Position numbers and translations under genes: made by a program. The notes beneath the pieces were generated by a model. It saw only the letters and a program-made list of their open reading frames with translations, searched no databases and was not told the DNA's origin. 62,688 nucleotides of DNA from contig CAZDZV010000002.1 in the NCBI GenBank assembly GCA_964510025.1, positions 124,001-186,688 of the forward strand, read 5' to 3'. This document shows, one piece after another, positions 25,334-35,324 of the stretch (its first letter is position 1; each line of letters opens with the position of its first letter). Source of the stretch: an uncultured Methanosarcinales archaeon (GTDB lineage: Archaea; Nanobdellota; Nanobdellia; Woesearchaeales; DATDXC01).

Positions 25334-25750
25334 TCAAACAACCTTAATGTCCTCTATTGGGAAATACCTCTTTACTATCTGCTTAAGGTTTTGAAGATTC
25401 TTTGATTCCCTGCCTATCAGCAAACCCTTGGCGGACTTATCCGCGCCCACGATGGTAATGATATTGCCCTCATTCCTCACTTCCCTTGGGCTTATCGGAT
25501 AGACAAAATTCCTGATAAACTGCGCTGCATCTGAGCTGAACTCAACTATCTTTATCTTCTTCTTCAAAAGATTCTTGATCTTTTTTGCATTAAAGCCGTT
25601 CCTCCCTATAGCCCTTCCTATCTCCCCTTCTTTCACTATGAAGACAATCTCATCGTTGTTGTTGATGCAGTCCTTGAGATGGGTATTTGTAAGGGTCTCA
25701 AACAGGGAGATATAATTCATGAGATTGGTATCGTATTTTATCCTGGTCAT
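25334..25750 (-). CDS. nusA: Archaeal NusA transcription factor
   Basis: KH-domain motifs GRAIGRNG and GLLIG; conserved operon position. Confidence 0.93.
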   Translation of the reverse strand: MTRIKYDTNLMNYISLFETLTNTHLKDCINNNDEIVFIVKEGEIGRAIGRNGFNAKKIKNLLKKKIKIVEFSSDAAQFIRNFVYPISPREVRNEGNIITIVGADKSAKGLLIGRESKNLQNLKQIVKRYFPIEDIKVV

Positions 25751-26010
25751 TTAACTATTCCTAAGACCGAAATTGAGAATTGCTTCTTGCAGAAGGTGCC
25801 CAGCTCATCATTGGGCAGGTTTATCTTGGAGGATTTGACTTTTGCTATCTTGGCATAATGGTTTATCTCCTTTTCCACATCCTCCGGGCAGTTCAGGCTC
25901 AGCACAACGCTGGCGAGCTTACCCTGCCGAAGCTGCTTGATCGTTGCCTTTGTCCCCAAAACAAGCTTATCTGTTTTCAGTAATTTTTTTATTTCGTCTT
26001 TGGTTGCCAT
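25747..26010 (-). CDS. rpl30e: 50S ribosomal protein L30e
   Basis: KLVLGTK..IK, NCP and ELG..C motifs; lies between rpoA'' and nusA. Confidence 0.92.
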   Translation of the reverse strand: MATKDEIKKLLKTDKLVLGTKATIKQLRQGKLASVVLSLNCPEDVEKEINHYAKIAKVKSSKINLPNDELGTFCKKQFSISVLGIVK

Positions 26011-26018
26011 AAGAACAC

Positions 26019-27158
26019 CTATTTCTTTATTTTTGTTATGAGAGAAGGAAGTCCGGTGCCTATAGGAATAGGCTGGTTCAGCATCACGTTCTCCACCACT
26101 GAATTCAGCTCGTCTTTTTCTCCGATCAGGGCTGCATTCACTATGTGCCTAACAGGGGTCTCAAAGGAGGCTCTTGCCAGTACAGATGATTTTTCACTGA
26201 CAACACCATATCTGGTAATGCCCTTGATGGAACCGCTGGCGCACATTGTATCAGCGACAAGCATTATGTGCCTGACATCAACGTTCAGGCCTTGGCTCTC
26301 TATCACCTTGTAAACCTCGTTTATTATAGACTGTCTAGCTGCCTCTATTCCGTGGATGCCTGCAATCTCAAATATATCGTTGCTGGTAACCCTTGTTGTG
26401 TCGGCCTCTTTAAGCTTAAGGACCTCTTTTAGATTAGAGCCTGCTGTAATAATAATGTATTCCTCGCCTCGTCTGACAGGAAGCACCTGGGAGATGCCCT
26501 TTATCCCCTTGATATGCAGGTTCTTCGCCTTTTCCTTCATCTTGTACAGCTCGTTAAGGCTTTCATCTTTCTTCCTCATCTTAAGTATCAGTGAATTTTC
26601 AGATTCCTTAACAGAAAAGCCTTTTATCGATGACTGGATTGACTTGATAACAGAGTTTGTCGTGATCCCTATCTCCTTCATCTTATCCTTGTTGAGCCTT
26701 GCTTCGATGGTAAAATCAGCGATATTGATAAGGAACTCATGGACCAGCTCCATCAATTTGGTCTCCTTTATAGACAGGGCCAGCTTTCTTATGTCTTTGC
26801 CCTGGGAGTAAGGCTTCTGAAGATATATCTCCATCATGGGCGTGCTCAGGTTTTTCCTGCCGTCCAGTATCTCAATTATCCTTGGAAGCCCCATAGTGAC
26901 GTTCATCTCAGCCACCCCGGCAAAATGGAAGGTGTTAAGCGTCATCTGGGTGCCTGGCTCGCCTATACTTTCGGCCGAGATAAGCCCGACAGATTCTCCT
27001 GGCTCCACAAGCGCATCTTCATATTCCTGTACAGCGTTGTCAAGGACCTTCTTAAGCTTTGCCTGCGAATAGTTGTCAGGCAGAAACTCCTTAATCTCAT
27101 CTACTATCCTTTTCGGCAGTTTTTTTTCATAATCAGTATAGATGCTCAAATAAATCAC
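26019..27158 (-). CDS. rpoA2: DNA-directed RNA polymerase subunit A'' (Rpo1C)
   Basis: [26 protein letters not shown] and LARASFET motifs. Confidence 0.98.
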   Translation of the reverse strand: MIYLSIYTDYEKKLPKRIVDEIKEFLPDNYSQAKLKKVLDNAVQEYEDALVEPGESVGLISAESIGEPGTQMTLNTFHFAGVAEMNVTMGLPRIIEILDGRKNLSTPMMEIYLQKPYSQGKDIRKLALSIKETKLMELVHEFLINIADFTIEARLNKDKMKEIGITTNSVIKSIQSSIKGFSVKESENSLILKMRKKDESLNELYKMKEKAKNLHIKGIKGISQVLPVRRGEEYIIITAGSNLKEVLKLKEADTTRVTSNDIFEIAGIHGIEAARQSIINEVYKVIESQGLNVDVRHIMLVADTMCASGSIKGITRYGVVSEKSSVLARASFETPVRHIVNAALIGEKDELNSVVENVMLNQPIPIGTGLPSLITKIKK

Positions 27159-29935
27159 CCTATAGACTTGATAATCCTCTTGACATTCAGCTTTCCATCC
27201 TCAGATTTAGAGACATCGATGCCGTCATCGCCATACTTAAACTGTATTATCTTTCCTGCAGCCTCCCTTATAGTAAGGTCATATTCAGCTCTAAGATCCT
27301 GGAGAGCATTTGCCAGCCTTCTGTAGAGATATCCTGACTTCGGGGTTCTTAAGGCTGTATCCATAAGGGAATCCCTGCCAGTGACGCTTCCGAAGAAAAA
27401 TTCATAAGGGCTTAATCCGTTCTTGAAGCCGCTTGAGATGAACCCATGAGCAGCTGGGCTAAGGTCCCCTTTCCTGAAGCATGATAATGTCCTTTGCACA
27501 TAGCCTTTCTCTATCCTTTTGCCCCTCATAGCCTGCTGGCCTACACATGCTGCCATCTGCGCAAGGTTAAGCAGGTTGCCTCTTGCTCCGCTGTCTGCCA
27601 TAACCATGGTATGGCTTCCTTTGTCTGCGCCCTCTGCCACTATGGAGCCGCACTTATTTCGCGCCTTGTTAAGCACTTCCAGTATCCGAAGCTCTAGGGT
27701 TTCCTTAAGGCTTTTTCCAGGAAAGCTCTCAAGCTTGTTGCTCTGGTAAAGGTCAATAAGATTATTTACCTCTTTTTCTGCATCTGCAAGAGCCTGGTCA
27801 ACCTTTGTCCTGGCTTCCTCTGGAAGATCTGTATCAGATATCGCTGTAGTAAGGCCTGTCTTGAAAAGCACCTGGATGCCAAGCCTGAAAAGCTTGCCAA
27901 GTATGTCTATGCTCGCTTCTTTTCCATATTTCTTATGGATATTCCGAAGCAGCAAGCCAGAGCCTTCTCCGAGATTATTACGATCCATCACACCGCTTAC
28001 AAGCTGTCCGTCCTTGATCACTACGTATGCATCCCTTTCCATATTGGTCTTCTTGTCAAGCTTTGGATCATAATGCCTGGCTTTTCCTGTAAAGTTAAAG
28101 TCTTCTGGAATAATCACTGAAAACAGCTCTTTGCCCGATATGGCCTTTTTCCGCGGCAATTTTGAGAAATCCTCTACACCGATAGCAGCCAGTATATCAA
28201 CTGCCTCATGCCTTGGAAGGACCATGTCCTTTGTCAGTATGTAGTTGCCTGATATTGCATCCTGAACACAGCCAATCACACTCAGGCCGTACCTTGGTGA
28301 GATAAGCTGGGTCTGCACCTCCATCAGTATCTCTGCCTCAGCTCTTGACTCTTCTGTCTGAGGTATATGCAGGTTCATCTCATCACCGTCAAAATCAGCA
28401 TTATAAGGGTGGCACACTGCAGGATTAAGCCTCAGCGTCTTGCCTGGCAGGACGATCACTCGGTGGCACATCATGCTCATCCTGTGCAGGCTTGGCTGCC
28501 TGTTAAAGATAGCTATATCCCCATCCACTAGGTGCCGTTCAACTATATAACCTGGCTGAAGCTCCTCTAAGCATGCCTCTTTTGTCTCTTCTGTTATCTT
28601 CTTTTTCTTACCATCCGGCCTCACGATGTAGTTGGCCCCTATATATTTTGTAGGCCCGTTCTCAACGAACTTCTTCAGGTAGCTGATATTCCACTCATTG
28701 ACCCTCTCAGGCACTGTAAGCTTGGTAGCTATGACCTTTGGGACACCTACCTCATTCAGGTTAAGCATAGGGTCAGGGCTTATTACTGTCCTGGCGCTGA
28801 AGTTTGTCCTCTTACCTGCCAGATTATGCCTGATCCTGCCTTCCTTGCTCTTTATCCTCTCTGTAAGTGTCTTTAGCGGCTGTCCAGACCTATGTCTTGC
28901 AGGAGGAAGCTGTGCAATGTTATTATCAAAAAATGTTGTGATATGATACTGAAGAAGATCCCATAGATCCTCGATTATTATCTCGGGCGCACCTGCATTG
29001 ATATTCTCAAAAAGCCTTTGGTTTATCCTGACGATGTCTCCCAGCTTGTGCGTAAGGTCGTCTTCGCTCCTCTCTCCTGATTCCAGCGTGATAGAGGGAC
29101 GCATGGTTACCGGCGGTATGGGGAGTATCGTCAGTATCATCCATTCTGGCCTGACAGCAGATGGGTTCAGCCCAAATACCTCACAATCCTCATCTGTGAT
29201 CTTCTCCAGCCTTGCCCGTATCTCAATAGGATTCAGCCTCTTCTCGTTCTCCATAAAGATTGTTGGTTTTTCCAGCCTGACCTTGTGCTGGCGCGCCTTG
29301 CAGTAAGGGCATTTGTTTATTGTCTTTAAATTGGAGATGACATCCTTAACATAATGTCTACGTTCTTCGGTCCCTTTTTCCTTTTCTATAGCCTTCAGCT
29401 CGTCCTTTATCTTTTCGATCTTATTCTTTGGTATAAGGACCCTGCTGCATTCCCTGCAGGTGCACTTCAAAAGGTTGAGAAGTATATTCACATACTTAAC
29501 ATGCACAACTGGTCTGGCCAGCTCGATGTATCCAAAATGACCTGAACACTCCTTCAGCTTTGAGCCGCAGGTCTTGCACTTGAGGCCTGGATCGATCACT
29601 CCCAACCGTATGTCCATCAGCCCCCCATCTACAGGATAGCCTTCTTTATCGTAAAGCTCAGGTGTGACGATCTTAGCAGATGCCATCTGCTTTATCATCT
29701 TGGGCGAGAATATGGAGAATATAATGTCGCTGACTTTCTTGCTGAGATAGGTCTCTTCCTCCATAATCCTATCTTCCTCCTTTGCCTCTTCCTTGGTTTC
29801 TTCTTTAGCTTCTTCTGTAGCTTCTTTCTTGGATTCCTTAGCTTCTTTCTTGGTTTCTTTCTTGGTTTCTTCTTTAGCTTCTTCTGTAGCTTCTTTCTTG
29901 GATTCCTTAGCTTCTTCCTTGGTTTCTTTTTCCAT
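27155..29935 (-). CDS. rpoA1: DNA-directed RNA polymerase subunit A' (Rpo1N) with a repetitive E/K-rich N-terminal extension
   Basis: Catalytic [11 protein letters not shown] motif and clamp Zn-binding Cys/His residues. The first ~57 aa are EEAK/KETK repeats. Confidence 0.98.
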   Translation of the reverse strand: MEKETKEEAKESKKEATEEAKEETKKETKKEAKESKKEATEEAKEETKEEAKEEDRIMEEETYLSKKVSDIIFSIFSPKMIKQMASAKIVTPELYDKEGYPVDGGLMDIRLGVIDPGLKCKTCGSKLKECSGHFGYIELARPVVHVKYVNILLNLLKCTCRECSRVLIPKNKIEKIKDELKAIEKEKGTEERRHYVKDVISNLKTINKCPYCKARQHKVRLEKPTIFMENEKRLNPIEIRARLEKITDEDCEVFGLNPSAVRPEWMILTILPIPPVTMRPSITLESGERSEDDLTHKLGDIVRINQRLFENINAGAPEIIIEDLWDLLQYHITTFFDNNIAQLPPARHRSGQPLKTLTERIKSKEGRIRHNLAGKRTNFSARTVISPDPMLNLNEVGVPKVIATKLTVPERVNEWNISYLKKFVENGPTKYIGANYIVRPDGKKKKITEETKEACLEELQPGYIVERHLVDGDIAIFNRQPSLHRMSMMCHRVIVLPGKTLRLNPAVCHPYNADFDGDEMNLHIPQTEESRAEAEILMEVQTQLISPRYGLSVIGCVQDAISGNYILTKDMVLPRHEAVDILAAIGVEDFSKLPRKKAISGKELFSVIIPEDFNFTGKARHYDPKLDKKTNMERDAYVVIKDGQLVSGVMDRNNLGEGSGLLLRNIHKKYGKEASIDILGKLFRLGIQVLFKTGLTTAISDTDLPEEARTKVDQALADAEKEVNNLIDLYQSNKLESFPGKSLKETLELRILEVLNKARNKCGSIVAEGADKGSHTMVMADSGARGNLLNLAQMAACVGQQAMRGKRIEKGYVQRTLSCFRKGDLSPAAHGFISSGFKNGLSPYEFFFGSVTGRDSLMDTALRTPKSGYLYRRLANALQDLRAEYDLTIREAAGKIIQFKYGDDGIDVSKSEDGKLNVKRIIKSIG

Positions 29936-29937
29936 TT

Positions 29938-31740
29938 TCAGTATTTGCTCTTAAGCTGCAGCCTTGGATATATGCCCAGGCTTTTTATCTCGTCAAGCAG
30001 TAGCTTGAACGCATAGCTGATCTCTATCATGCTTATCTCAACATTGTCGCCGCAGATAGGGCAGTAGCTCTTGTTCTTAAACTCGTCCCTCACTGCAATT
30101 ATCCCGCATCCTTCACAAACCGGGACGATAGTCCTGTCTGAGTCAAACCTTTCCTTCAGCAACAGGGAGGCGCCGTGCGCAACAAATGTGTCTTTTTCCA
30201 TCTCACCAAGCCTGAGGCCTCCTTCTTTTGCCCTTCCCTCGGTAGGCTGCCTTGTCAAAAGCTGTATAGGCCCTCTTGCCCTTGAATGAAGCTTGTTGGC
30301 TACCATATGCTTCAGTTTAAGGTAATACATATTTCCGATATAGATCTTAGCATGGTATTGCTCGCCGGTCTGGCCGTTGTAGAGGGTTTCTGTGCCATTT
30401 TCCTTGAACCCTAGCTTCAGCAGCTCTTTCCTCAACTTTGCCTCTGGCTCAGCGCCGAATGTTGTGCCGTCTATATAACGGCCGTTTAATGCCCCTGCTT
30501 TTCCGCCTATCATCTCTATCAGGTGGCTTATGGTCATCCTCGATGGTATGCCATGCGGAGAAAATATAAGATCCGGCCTTATTCCAGATGCGCTGAAAGG
30601 GATATCTGCTTCCGGGACTATCAGCCCGATCACTCCCTTCTGGCCGTGCCTGCTTGTAAACTTATCCCCGATTTCAGGGATTCTCTGGTCTCGAACCCTG
30701 ACCTGGACCATCTTGTTCCCCTCTTCGTTCTCTGTCACAAGCACAAAATCAACAGCTCCTTTTTCACCGTGACGCACAGATACGGAGGATTCCCTTCTTG
30801 TCGATGATGCCAGGCTGTATTCATCCAGGCTGCTGAGGAACCTTGGAGGGGATGTTTTTCCTATGATCACATCTCCTTCAGAGATTGTTGCCTCAGGATA
30901 GATTATGCCGTCATCTTCAAGATACCTGTAATCATGCTCAGACTTGTAGCCTTTAACGTCCTTGTCAGGAATGCTTACCTCGTCAACCAGTCCTCCTGCG
31001 TACCTCAGCTCCTCTGCTATGCTCGGCCTAAAATAGCTGCTTCTTGCAAATCCCCTGTCTATTGACCCCTGATTCAGGATAATGGCATCTTCCATATTAT
31101 AGCCCTTATAGCTCATGATAGCCACTACAATATTCTGGCCTGCAGGATGCCTTCCATAGTCTGAGATATTGTGCATCATGGTATTGACTATCGGGATCTG
31201 GGGCTCATGCAGCAGATTTACGTCCATATCCATCCTTACTGCAAAATTTGACGCATAGAAGCCCAAAGCCTGTTTCTGATTTTTTGAACCTGCATTAAGC
31301 CTGGTAGACTGGTTGAAATTTCCATAAGGTACGAGGCTTGTGGCAAGCCCCATCATGGCAACAGGTGATATCTCAAGGTGAGTATGCTCCAGCGTAAGAT
31401 CTTTTTCAAAAAAAGCTACAAGTGCGTTCTCCTCTTCTGCTGCATCAAGGTATTCTATTAGGCCCTGCTCTTCCAGATCAGACCATACCATCTCATTTTT
31501 TTCAAGCTTCTTGATATGCTCTTCAGTTAGAAGCGGCTGCCCGTCCCTTACAACGATAAGAGGCCTTCTTGCACGGCCTCTAAGGTTCTCGAGCTCGATG
31601 ATGTCTATCTTCTCGTCATAATGTATATTGATGTTCTGAGATATACTGTTCTTCCTTCTGTCCTGCCGGATCTGCTGGACAAAATCTATAGGTGATTCTA
31701 CATTGCCGATGAACTTGCTGTTAAGATATACTTCTGTCAT
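29938..31740 (-). CDS. rpoB1: DNA-directed RNA polymerase subunit B' (Rpo2C)
   Basis: GDKFTSRHGQKG, RQPTEGRAKEGGLRLGEME and a C-terminal Zn finger. Confidence 0.98.
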   Translation of the reverse strand: MTEVYLNSKFIGNVESPIDFVQQIRQDRRKNSISQNINIHYDEKIDIIELENLRGRARRPLIVVRDGQPLLTEEHIKKLEKNEMVWSDLEEQGLIEYLDAAEEENALVAFFEKDLTLEHTHLEISPVAMMGLATSLVPYGNFNQSTRLNAGSKNQKQALGFYASNFAVRMDMDVNLLHEPQIPIVNTMMHNISDYGRHPAGQNIVVAIMSYKGYNMEDAIILNQGSIDRGFARSSYFRPSIAEELRYAGGLVDEVSIPDKDVKGYKSEHDYRYLEDDGIIYPEATISEGDVIIGKTSPPRFLSSLDEYSLASSTRRESSVSVRHGEKGAVDFVLVTENEEGNKMVQVRVRDQRIPEIGDKFTSRHGQKGVIGLIVPEADIPFSASGIRPDLIFSPHGIPSRMTISHLIEMIGGKAGALNGRYIDGTTFGAEPEAKLRKELLKLGFKENGTETLYNGQTGEQYHAKIYIGNMYYLKLKHMVANKLHSRARGPIQLLTRQPTEGRAKEGGLRLGEMEKDTFVAHGASLLLKERFDSDRTIVPVCEGCGIIAVRDEFKNKSYCPICGDNVEISMIEISYAFKLLLDEIKSLGIYPRLQLKSKY

Positions 31741-31741
31741 T

Positions 31742-33229
31742 TTATACTATTGTATTCAGCCCGTAATTCTTAAGCTGTTTGATCAGCTCTGCTTCATCTG
31801 AGTCTGTAGATACAGAGCACAATAGGCTTAGGTTCTTCCTCAATCCTATATTTGTGCCCTCTGGGGTCTCGATTGGACATAACCTTCCCAGATGCGTGGC
31901 GTGCAGCTCTCTTGCTTCGAAATTCTCCTGAGAAGCTGAAAGCGGGCTAACCACTCTCTGGAGATGCGAAAGCGTCTCAAGGAAATTCAGCCTTTGGATC
32001 CTCTGTGAGATACCTTTCCTTCCGCCCACCCAAGAACCTGTAGCCATAGAGGAGTATATACGCTGGGTAAGCAGCTTATCCCTGATTATGACCTTTATGC
32101 TGGGGAACTTCCCTCTTTTCACAATCCTCTGGAAGTTGTAGAGCAGATCTCCGATCAGCACCTTAAGGTTCAGCCTGAAAAGATCAGCCAGAAGGTCTCC
32201 TGAAAGCTTGAGCCTTTTATTTATGTAATGGTCTTTGTCATCCAGCTCAATATTCCCGAGAGAAACCTCTATATATCTTTTCAGCACCTTGCACAGATTA
32301 TAGGCCTTGAATATTCTGTCCTCCTTATTGACGCCTATGTGGGGCATCAGGTATTTATCCAGGATTTCTTTCATGCGCTGTATCCTGATCTCCTTTGATT
32401 GGGTGATGCCTATCTTTTTAGCAACATAATCTATGGCCTCTTCCTCTGTCTTGATCTCAACAAATTCCAGGAGATTTATAAGGATCTCGTCATACTGCTT
32501 CTTAGGATTGATGAAATTTGTAATCTCCTCGTCCTTCAGAAGACCCAGAGCCTTTATGATCACAACGATGGGTATCCTCTTCACCCTTGTAAATGTCAGA
32601 TAGAATATACCGTCCTTAAGCTTCTCTAGAGTATGGGGTATCTTGAATGAGCCTCTTTCTGAGAATAATTTTCCGACAAACTGGCTTGGGCCTGTTGAAG
32701 GCTCTTCCACCAAAAGCCGGTTTGCAGCCAGGTCTTCAATGCTGATCAGCACCTTTTCCGTGCCGTTTATGATAAAATATCCGCCTGGGTCCTCAGGGTC
32801 CTCTCCATGCTTCAGCAGGTCTTCCCGAGAAAGCTTGTTAAGGTGGCAGAAATTGCTCCGTAGCATGATAGGAAGATTTCCTATCTGTGTGGTGAAGCTC
32901 TCCCTCTGCACCCCATTTATATGGGCGCTTACCTCTATATAAGTCGGTGCAGAATAGCTCAGCTTCCTCAGCCTTGCCTCTACAGGATAGATCGCCCTCT
33001 TGCTGCCGTCAGCTTCAGTGATCTCGGGTTTTGTAGCCCATATCTTATCAAACCTTATCTTAAAATCATCGATATTGCTGGGAATTATTGTGGGCACTAT
33101 CTCCTTGTTCTCCTCTATTATCTTCTGAAGCTCTTTTTCCATGAAATCATTGAAAGAGGCTATATTTGAATCTACAAATTTCTGCGTCTGGAAATATTTA
33201 GAGATAAGGGTCTTTCCGTAATTATCCAT
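31742..33229 (-). CDS. rpoB2: DNA-directed RNA polymerase subunit B'' (Rpo2N)
   Basis: DPGGYFIINGTEKV, DDKDHY and CPIETPEG motifs. Confidence 0.98.
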   Translation of the reverse strand: MDNYGKTLISKYFQTQKFVDSNIASFNDFMEKELQKIIEENKEIVPTIIPSNIDDFKIRFDKIWATKPEITEADGSKRAIYPVEARLRKLSYSAPTYIEVSAHINGVQRESFTTQIGNLPIMLRSNFCHLNKLSREDLLKHGEDPEDPGGYFIINGTEKVLISIEDLAANRLLVEEPSTGPSQFVGKLFSERGSFKIPHTLEKLKDGIFYLTFTRVKRIPIVVIIKALGLLKDEEITNFINPKKQYDEILINLLEFVEIKTEEEAIDYVAKKIGITQSKEIRIQRMKEILDKYLMPHIGVNKEDRIFKAYNLCKVLKRYIEVSLGNIELDDKDHYINKRLKLSGDLLADLFRLNLKVLIGDLLYNFQRIVKRGKFPSIKVIIRDKLLTQRIYSSMATGSWVGGRKGISQRIQRLNFLETLSHLQRVVSPLSASQENFEARELHATHLGRLCPIETPEGTNIGLRKNLSLLCSVSTDSDEAELIKQLKNYGLNTIV

Positions 33230-33461
33230 TCACTACCACCCTATAAAATAAGGATTCCCCTGCTGTAGGACTTTCTCTCACTATTTTGATGACATCTCCT
33301 GGCTTTGGCTTCAGATGCTTTATTGCTGCATCGTTTTTTAGAATTTTTGGGAGCTCTTCCTCAGTTATCTTATAGTCTTCAAAAAGGGCTTTCTTCTCTT
33401 TTTGGCTTAGGACTGTATGGTTGGGAACAAGTATGTGTTTTGTAATATCAACTTTCTTCAT
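33222..33461 (-). CDS. rpoH: DNA-directed RNA polymerase subunit H (Rpo5)
   Basis: HILVP.H, LPKI...D and GDVIKIVRES..AG...YR motifs. True start is MKKVDIT at 33461; the track's extension runs into the repeat. Confidence 0.96.
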   Translation of the reverse strand: MKKVDITKHILVPNHTVLSQKEKKALFEDYKITEEELPKILKNDAAIKHLKPKPGDVIKIVRESPTAGESLFYRVVVNG

Positions 33462-33476
33462 CTTTTCCTCTTCATT

Positions 33477-33756
33477 ATGGGCCGGACGAGATCCGACGAC
33501 TGAAAAGTCAGTCGACACCTTCGTGGGTTTCGCTTCGCTCAAGCCCACTTGTCCTTGGATGGGCCGGACGAGATCCGACGACTGAAAAGTCAGTCGACAC
33601 CTTCGTGGGTTTCNNNNNNNNNNNNNNNNNNNNNNNNNNNNNNNNNNNNNNNNNNNNNNNNNNNNNNNNNNNNNNNNNNNNNNNNNNNNNNNNNNNNNNN
33701 NNNNNNNNNNNNNGCTTCGCTCAAGCCCACTTGTCCTTGGATGGGCCGGACGAGAT
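33477..33756. repeat. 82-bp tandem repeat containing the 3' end of tRNA-Lys and two hairpins
   Basis: atgggccggacgagat occurs at 33477, 33559 and 33741 (the last is the tRNA itself). Each unit contains CGACTGA-aaag-TCAGTCG and GTGGG..CCCAC stems. The array spans an N gap. Confidence 0.9.
33614..33713. other. Assembly gap (100 N)
   Basis: Run of Ns whose two flanks join exactly within the repeat unit. Confidence 0.99.
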
Positions 33757-33851
33757 TCGAACTCGCGACCGCCTGATTGCTTTTCAGGCGAAGCATGCCA
33801 CTTCGCCTTGCAATAAAAGTCAGGCGCTCTACCAGGCTGAGCTACCGGCCC
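33742..33851 (-). tRNA. tRNA-Lys(UUU) with a 36-nt intron at canonical position 37/38 (33778-33813)
   Basis: GGGCCGGTAGCTCAGCCTGGTAGAGCGCCTGACTTTTA|intron|ATCAGGCGGTCGCGAGTTCGAATCTCGTCCGGCCCA. BHB helix CUUU/AAAG. Confidence 0.95.
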
Positions 33852-33894
33852 GCGACGTTAAATTCCAAAGGAATTCGGCGTCTTTGGAAAAAAA

Positions 33895-33999
33895 CGCCCT
33901 GGCCGGGAGTTTCACGATGCCTGTAAAGGCGAAATCAATTTGAACCCGGGTTATCGGAGTGACAATCCGATATGATAGGCCAGACTACACTACCAGGGC
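33895..33999 (-). tRNA. tRNA-Asp(GUC) with a 30-nt intron in the T-loop at position 59/60 (33909-33938)
   Basis: GCCCTGGTAGTGTAG...TCGGATTGTCACTCCGA...CCGGGTTCAAA|intron|TCCCGGCCAGGGCG. BHB helix UUCA/UGAA with two 3-nt bulges. Confidence 0.93.
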
Positions 34000-34139
34000 A
34001 TTTGTCTGACTCACAGCACATCATCTTTCTTTTGGCTAACTATTTATTTATAGTCCATCGACTAAAGAAAGATTAATGCACATTTTTTTAGTGGGTTTGG
34101 ATTTTGTATTTAAAGGTTTCGTTTTTTTACCCTGAATTG

Positions 34140-34634
34140 CTATAAAAATTTGACAATCTTGCAGGGGTCATCACTATATATAATATCTCTTCTTTGGCAG
34201 ATTTGAGCTATTTTTTGGAAAAGTTCTGTTAATGGGCCGGACTTGAGGACAGCTATCTTCTTTTTTTCGTGCAAGGCAAGAGTAAATTCATTTAAGGTGC
34301 CAACCTTTCCGTCAAAAAATATAACTGCATCTGCTGCATAAATTAGAGGGATGTTCCTTTCAGGGATGCCCAAACCGGTAAATTCATATTCTACATCCGG
34401 GTCAATGGAAAACCCGTATCTCCCTATATGCTCCTGCTCATCTTTTGCCGGAGAATATACAATAATCCTGCCCCCCTGGAGCAGAGCCCCCCTTAGGGCT
34501 GCATATGGGTAGCCGTGGCAGCCGCCTGTTAGCACGATATGTTGATCTTTAGCGATTTCCCTGCCTAGTTGCTTTGCCTTCTGAGAAATTTCCTGGACAG
34601 CTGCCCTTCCTGATCCTGATACTGCTATTTTCAT
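34140..34634 (-). CDS. LOG/SLOG-family Rossmann-fold protein (TIGR00725-like, putative nucleotide monophosphate nucleosidase)
   Basis: IAVSGS, VLTGG, RN and ADAVI...GKVGTLNE motifs. ATGA overlap with pyrF. Confidence 0.8.
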   Translation of the reverse strand: MKIAVSGSGRAAVQEISQKAKQLGREIAKDQHIVLTGGCHGYPYAALRGALLQGGRIIVYSPAKDEQEHIGRYGFSIDPDVEYEFTGLGIPERNIPLIYAADAVIFFDGKVGTLNEFTLALHEKKKIAVLKSGPLTELFQKIAQICQRRDIIYSDDPCKIVKFL

Positions 34635-35323
34635 CTCAAAGCCTGAACCAGCTCAGTAGCTTTTTCTTTGATTTTGTCTGCGTTGTAAATGGCTCTTCCG
34701 ACTATTGCATGCCAATTGCTGCCAGCTGCTTTGGCTCCTTCTGTAAGGGAGCCGCCCTGTGCTATAAGCCCGGGAGAATACAAGATTGGCCTAACGCCCT
34801 TTTTTTCCAGCAACGCCCTGTATTCTGCTATCTTTTTTGGCCTGTTTCCAGGAACAACATAGTCTGTTACGCCCTGATCAGCAGCTATGTTGTATATCCT
34901 TTCAGGTGCGTCTTTCCTGAGAAATCCTTCCTCATCCTCAAGATAGCCAGGGTGGGTCATCTCTCCGCCGACGATTATCCTGATGCCTGCTTTTTTGGCT
35001 GCTCTTATCCATTCAAGCTCTGTTACAGGTCCTGCCTGGGGGAAGATGATGACAGCATCTACGCCCTTGCATGCGTTCATGAACTTTTCTCCGGTTGCCG
35101 GGATATCTGTGCCTGCTTTTTGGTGGTCATATATTATTGGCAGCTCGGTGATGCTTCTTATGGTCTGGAGAACTTTTCTCAGTCCGAATGGGATGACCAG
35201 CTCAAATCCGATTTTGTATGCCCCTATGCCATTGATGTCGCATGTATTTTTTACTATCTCTTCTGCCCTTCCCAGGCTAGGGACATCAAGGGCCGGTATG
35301 ACTGACTTTTTCAGTTTTATCAT
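34631..35323 (-). CDS. pyrF: Orotidine-5'-phosphate decarboxylase
   Basis: IPALD, YKIG, DHQKAGTDIP, SPG..QGG and IVGRAIY motifs; operon context. Confidence 0.88.
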   Translation of the reverse strand: MIKLKKSVIPALDVPSLGRAEEIVKNTCDINGIGAYKIGFELVIPFGLRKVLQTIRSITELPIIYDHQKAGTDIPATGEKFMNACKGVDAVIIFPQAGPVTELEWIRAAKKAGIRIIVGGEMTHPGYLEDEEGFLRKDAPERIYNIAADQGVTDYVVPGNRPKKIAEYRALLEKKGVRPILYSPGLIAQGGSLTEGAKAAGSNWHAIVGRAIYNADKIKEKATELVQALR

Positions 35324-35324
35324 T

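Noticed and set aside
33477..33756. Possible CRISPR array
   Set aside because: The units are identical 82-bp tandem copies with no unique spacers, and there are no cas genes in the window.
33549..33943. Track ORFs across the N gap and tRNAs, and the extended rpoH start at 33548
   Set aside because: They overlap tRNA genes, the repeat and the gap, so they are artefacts.
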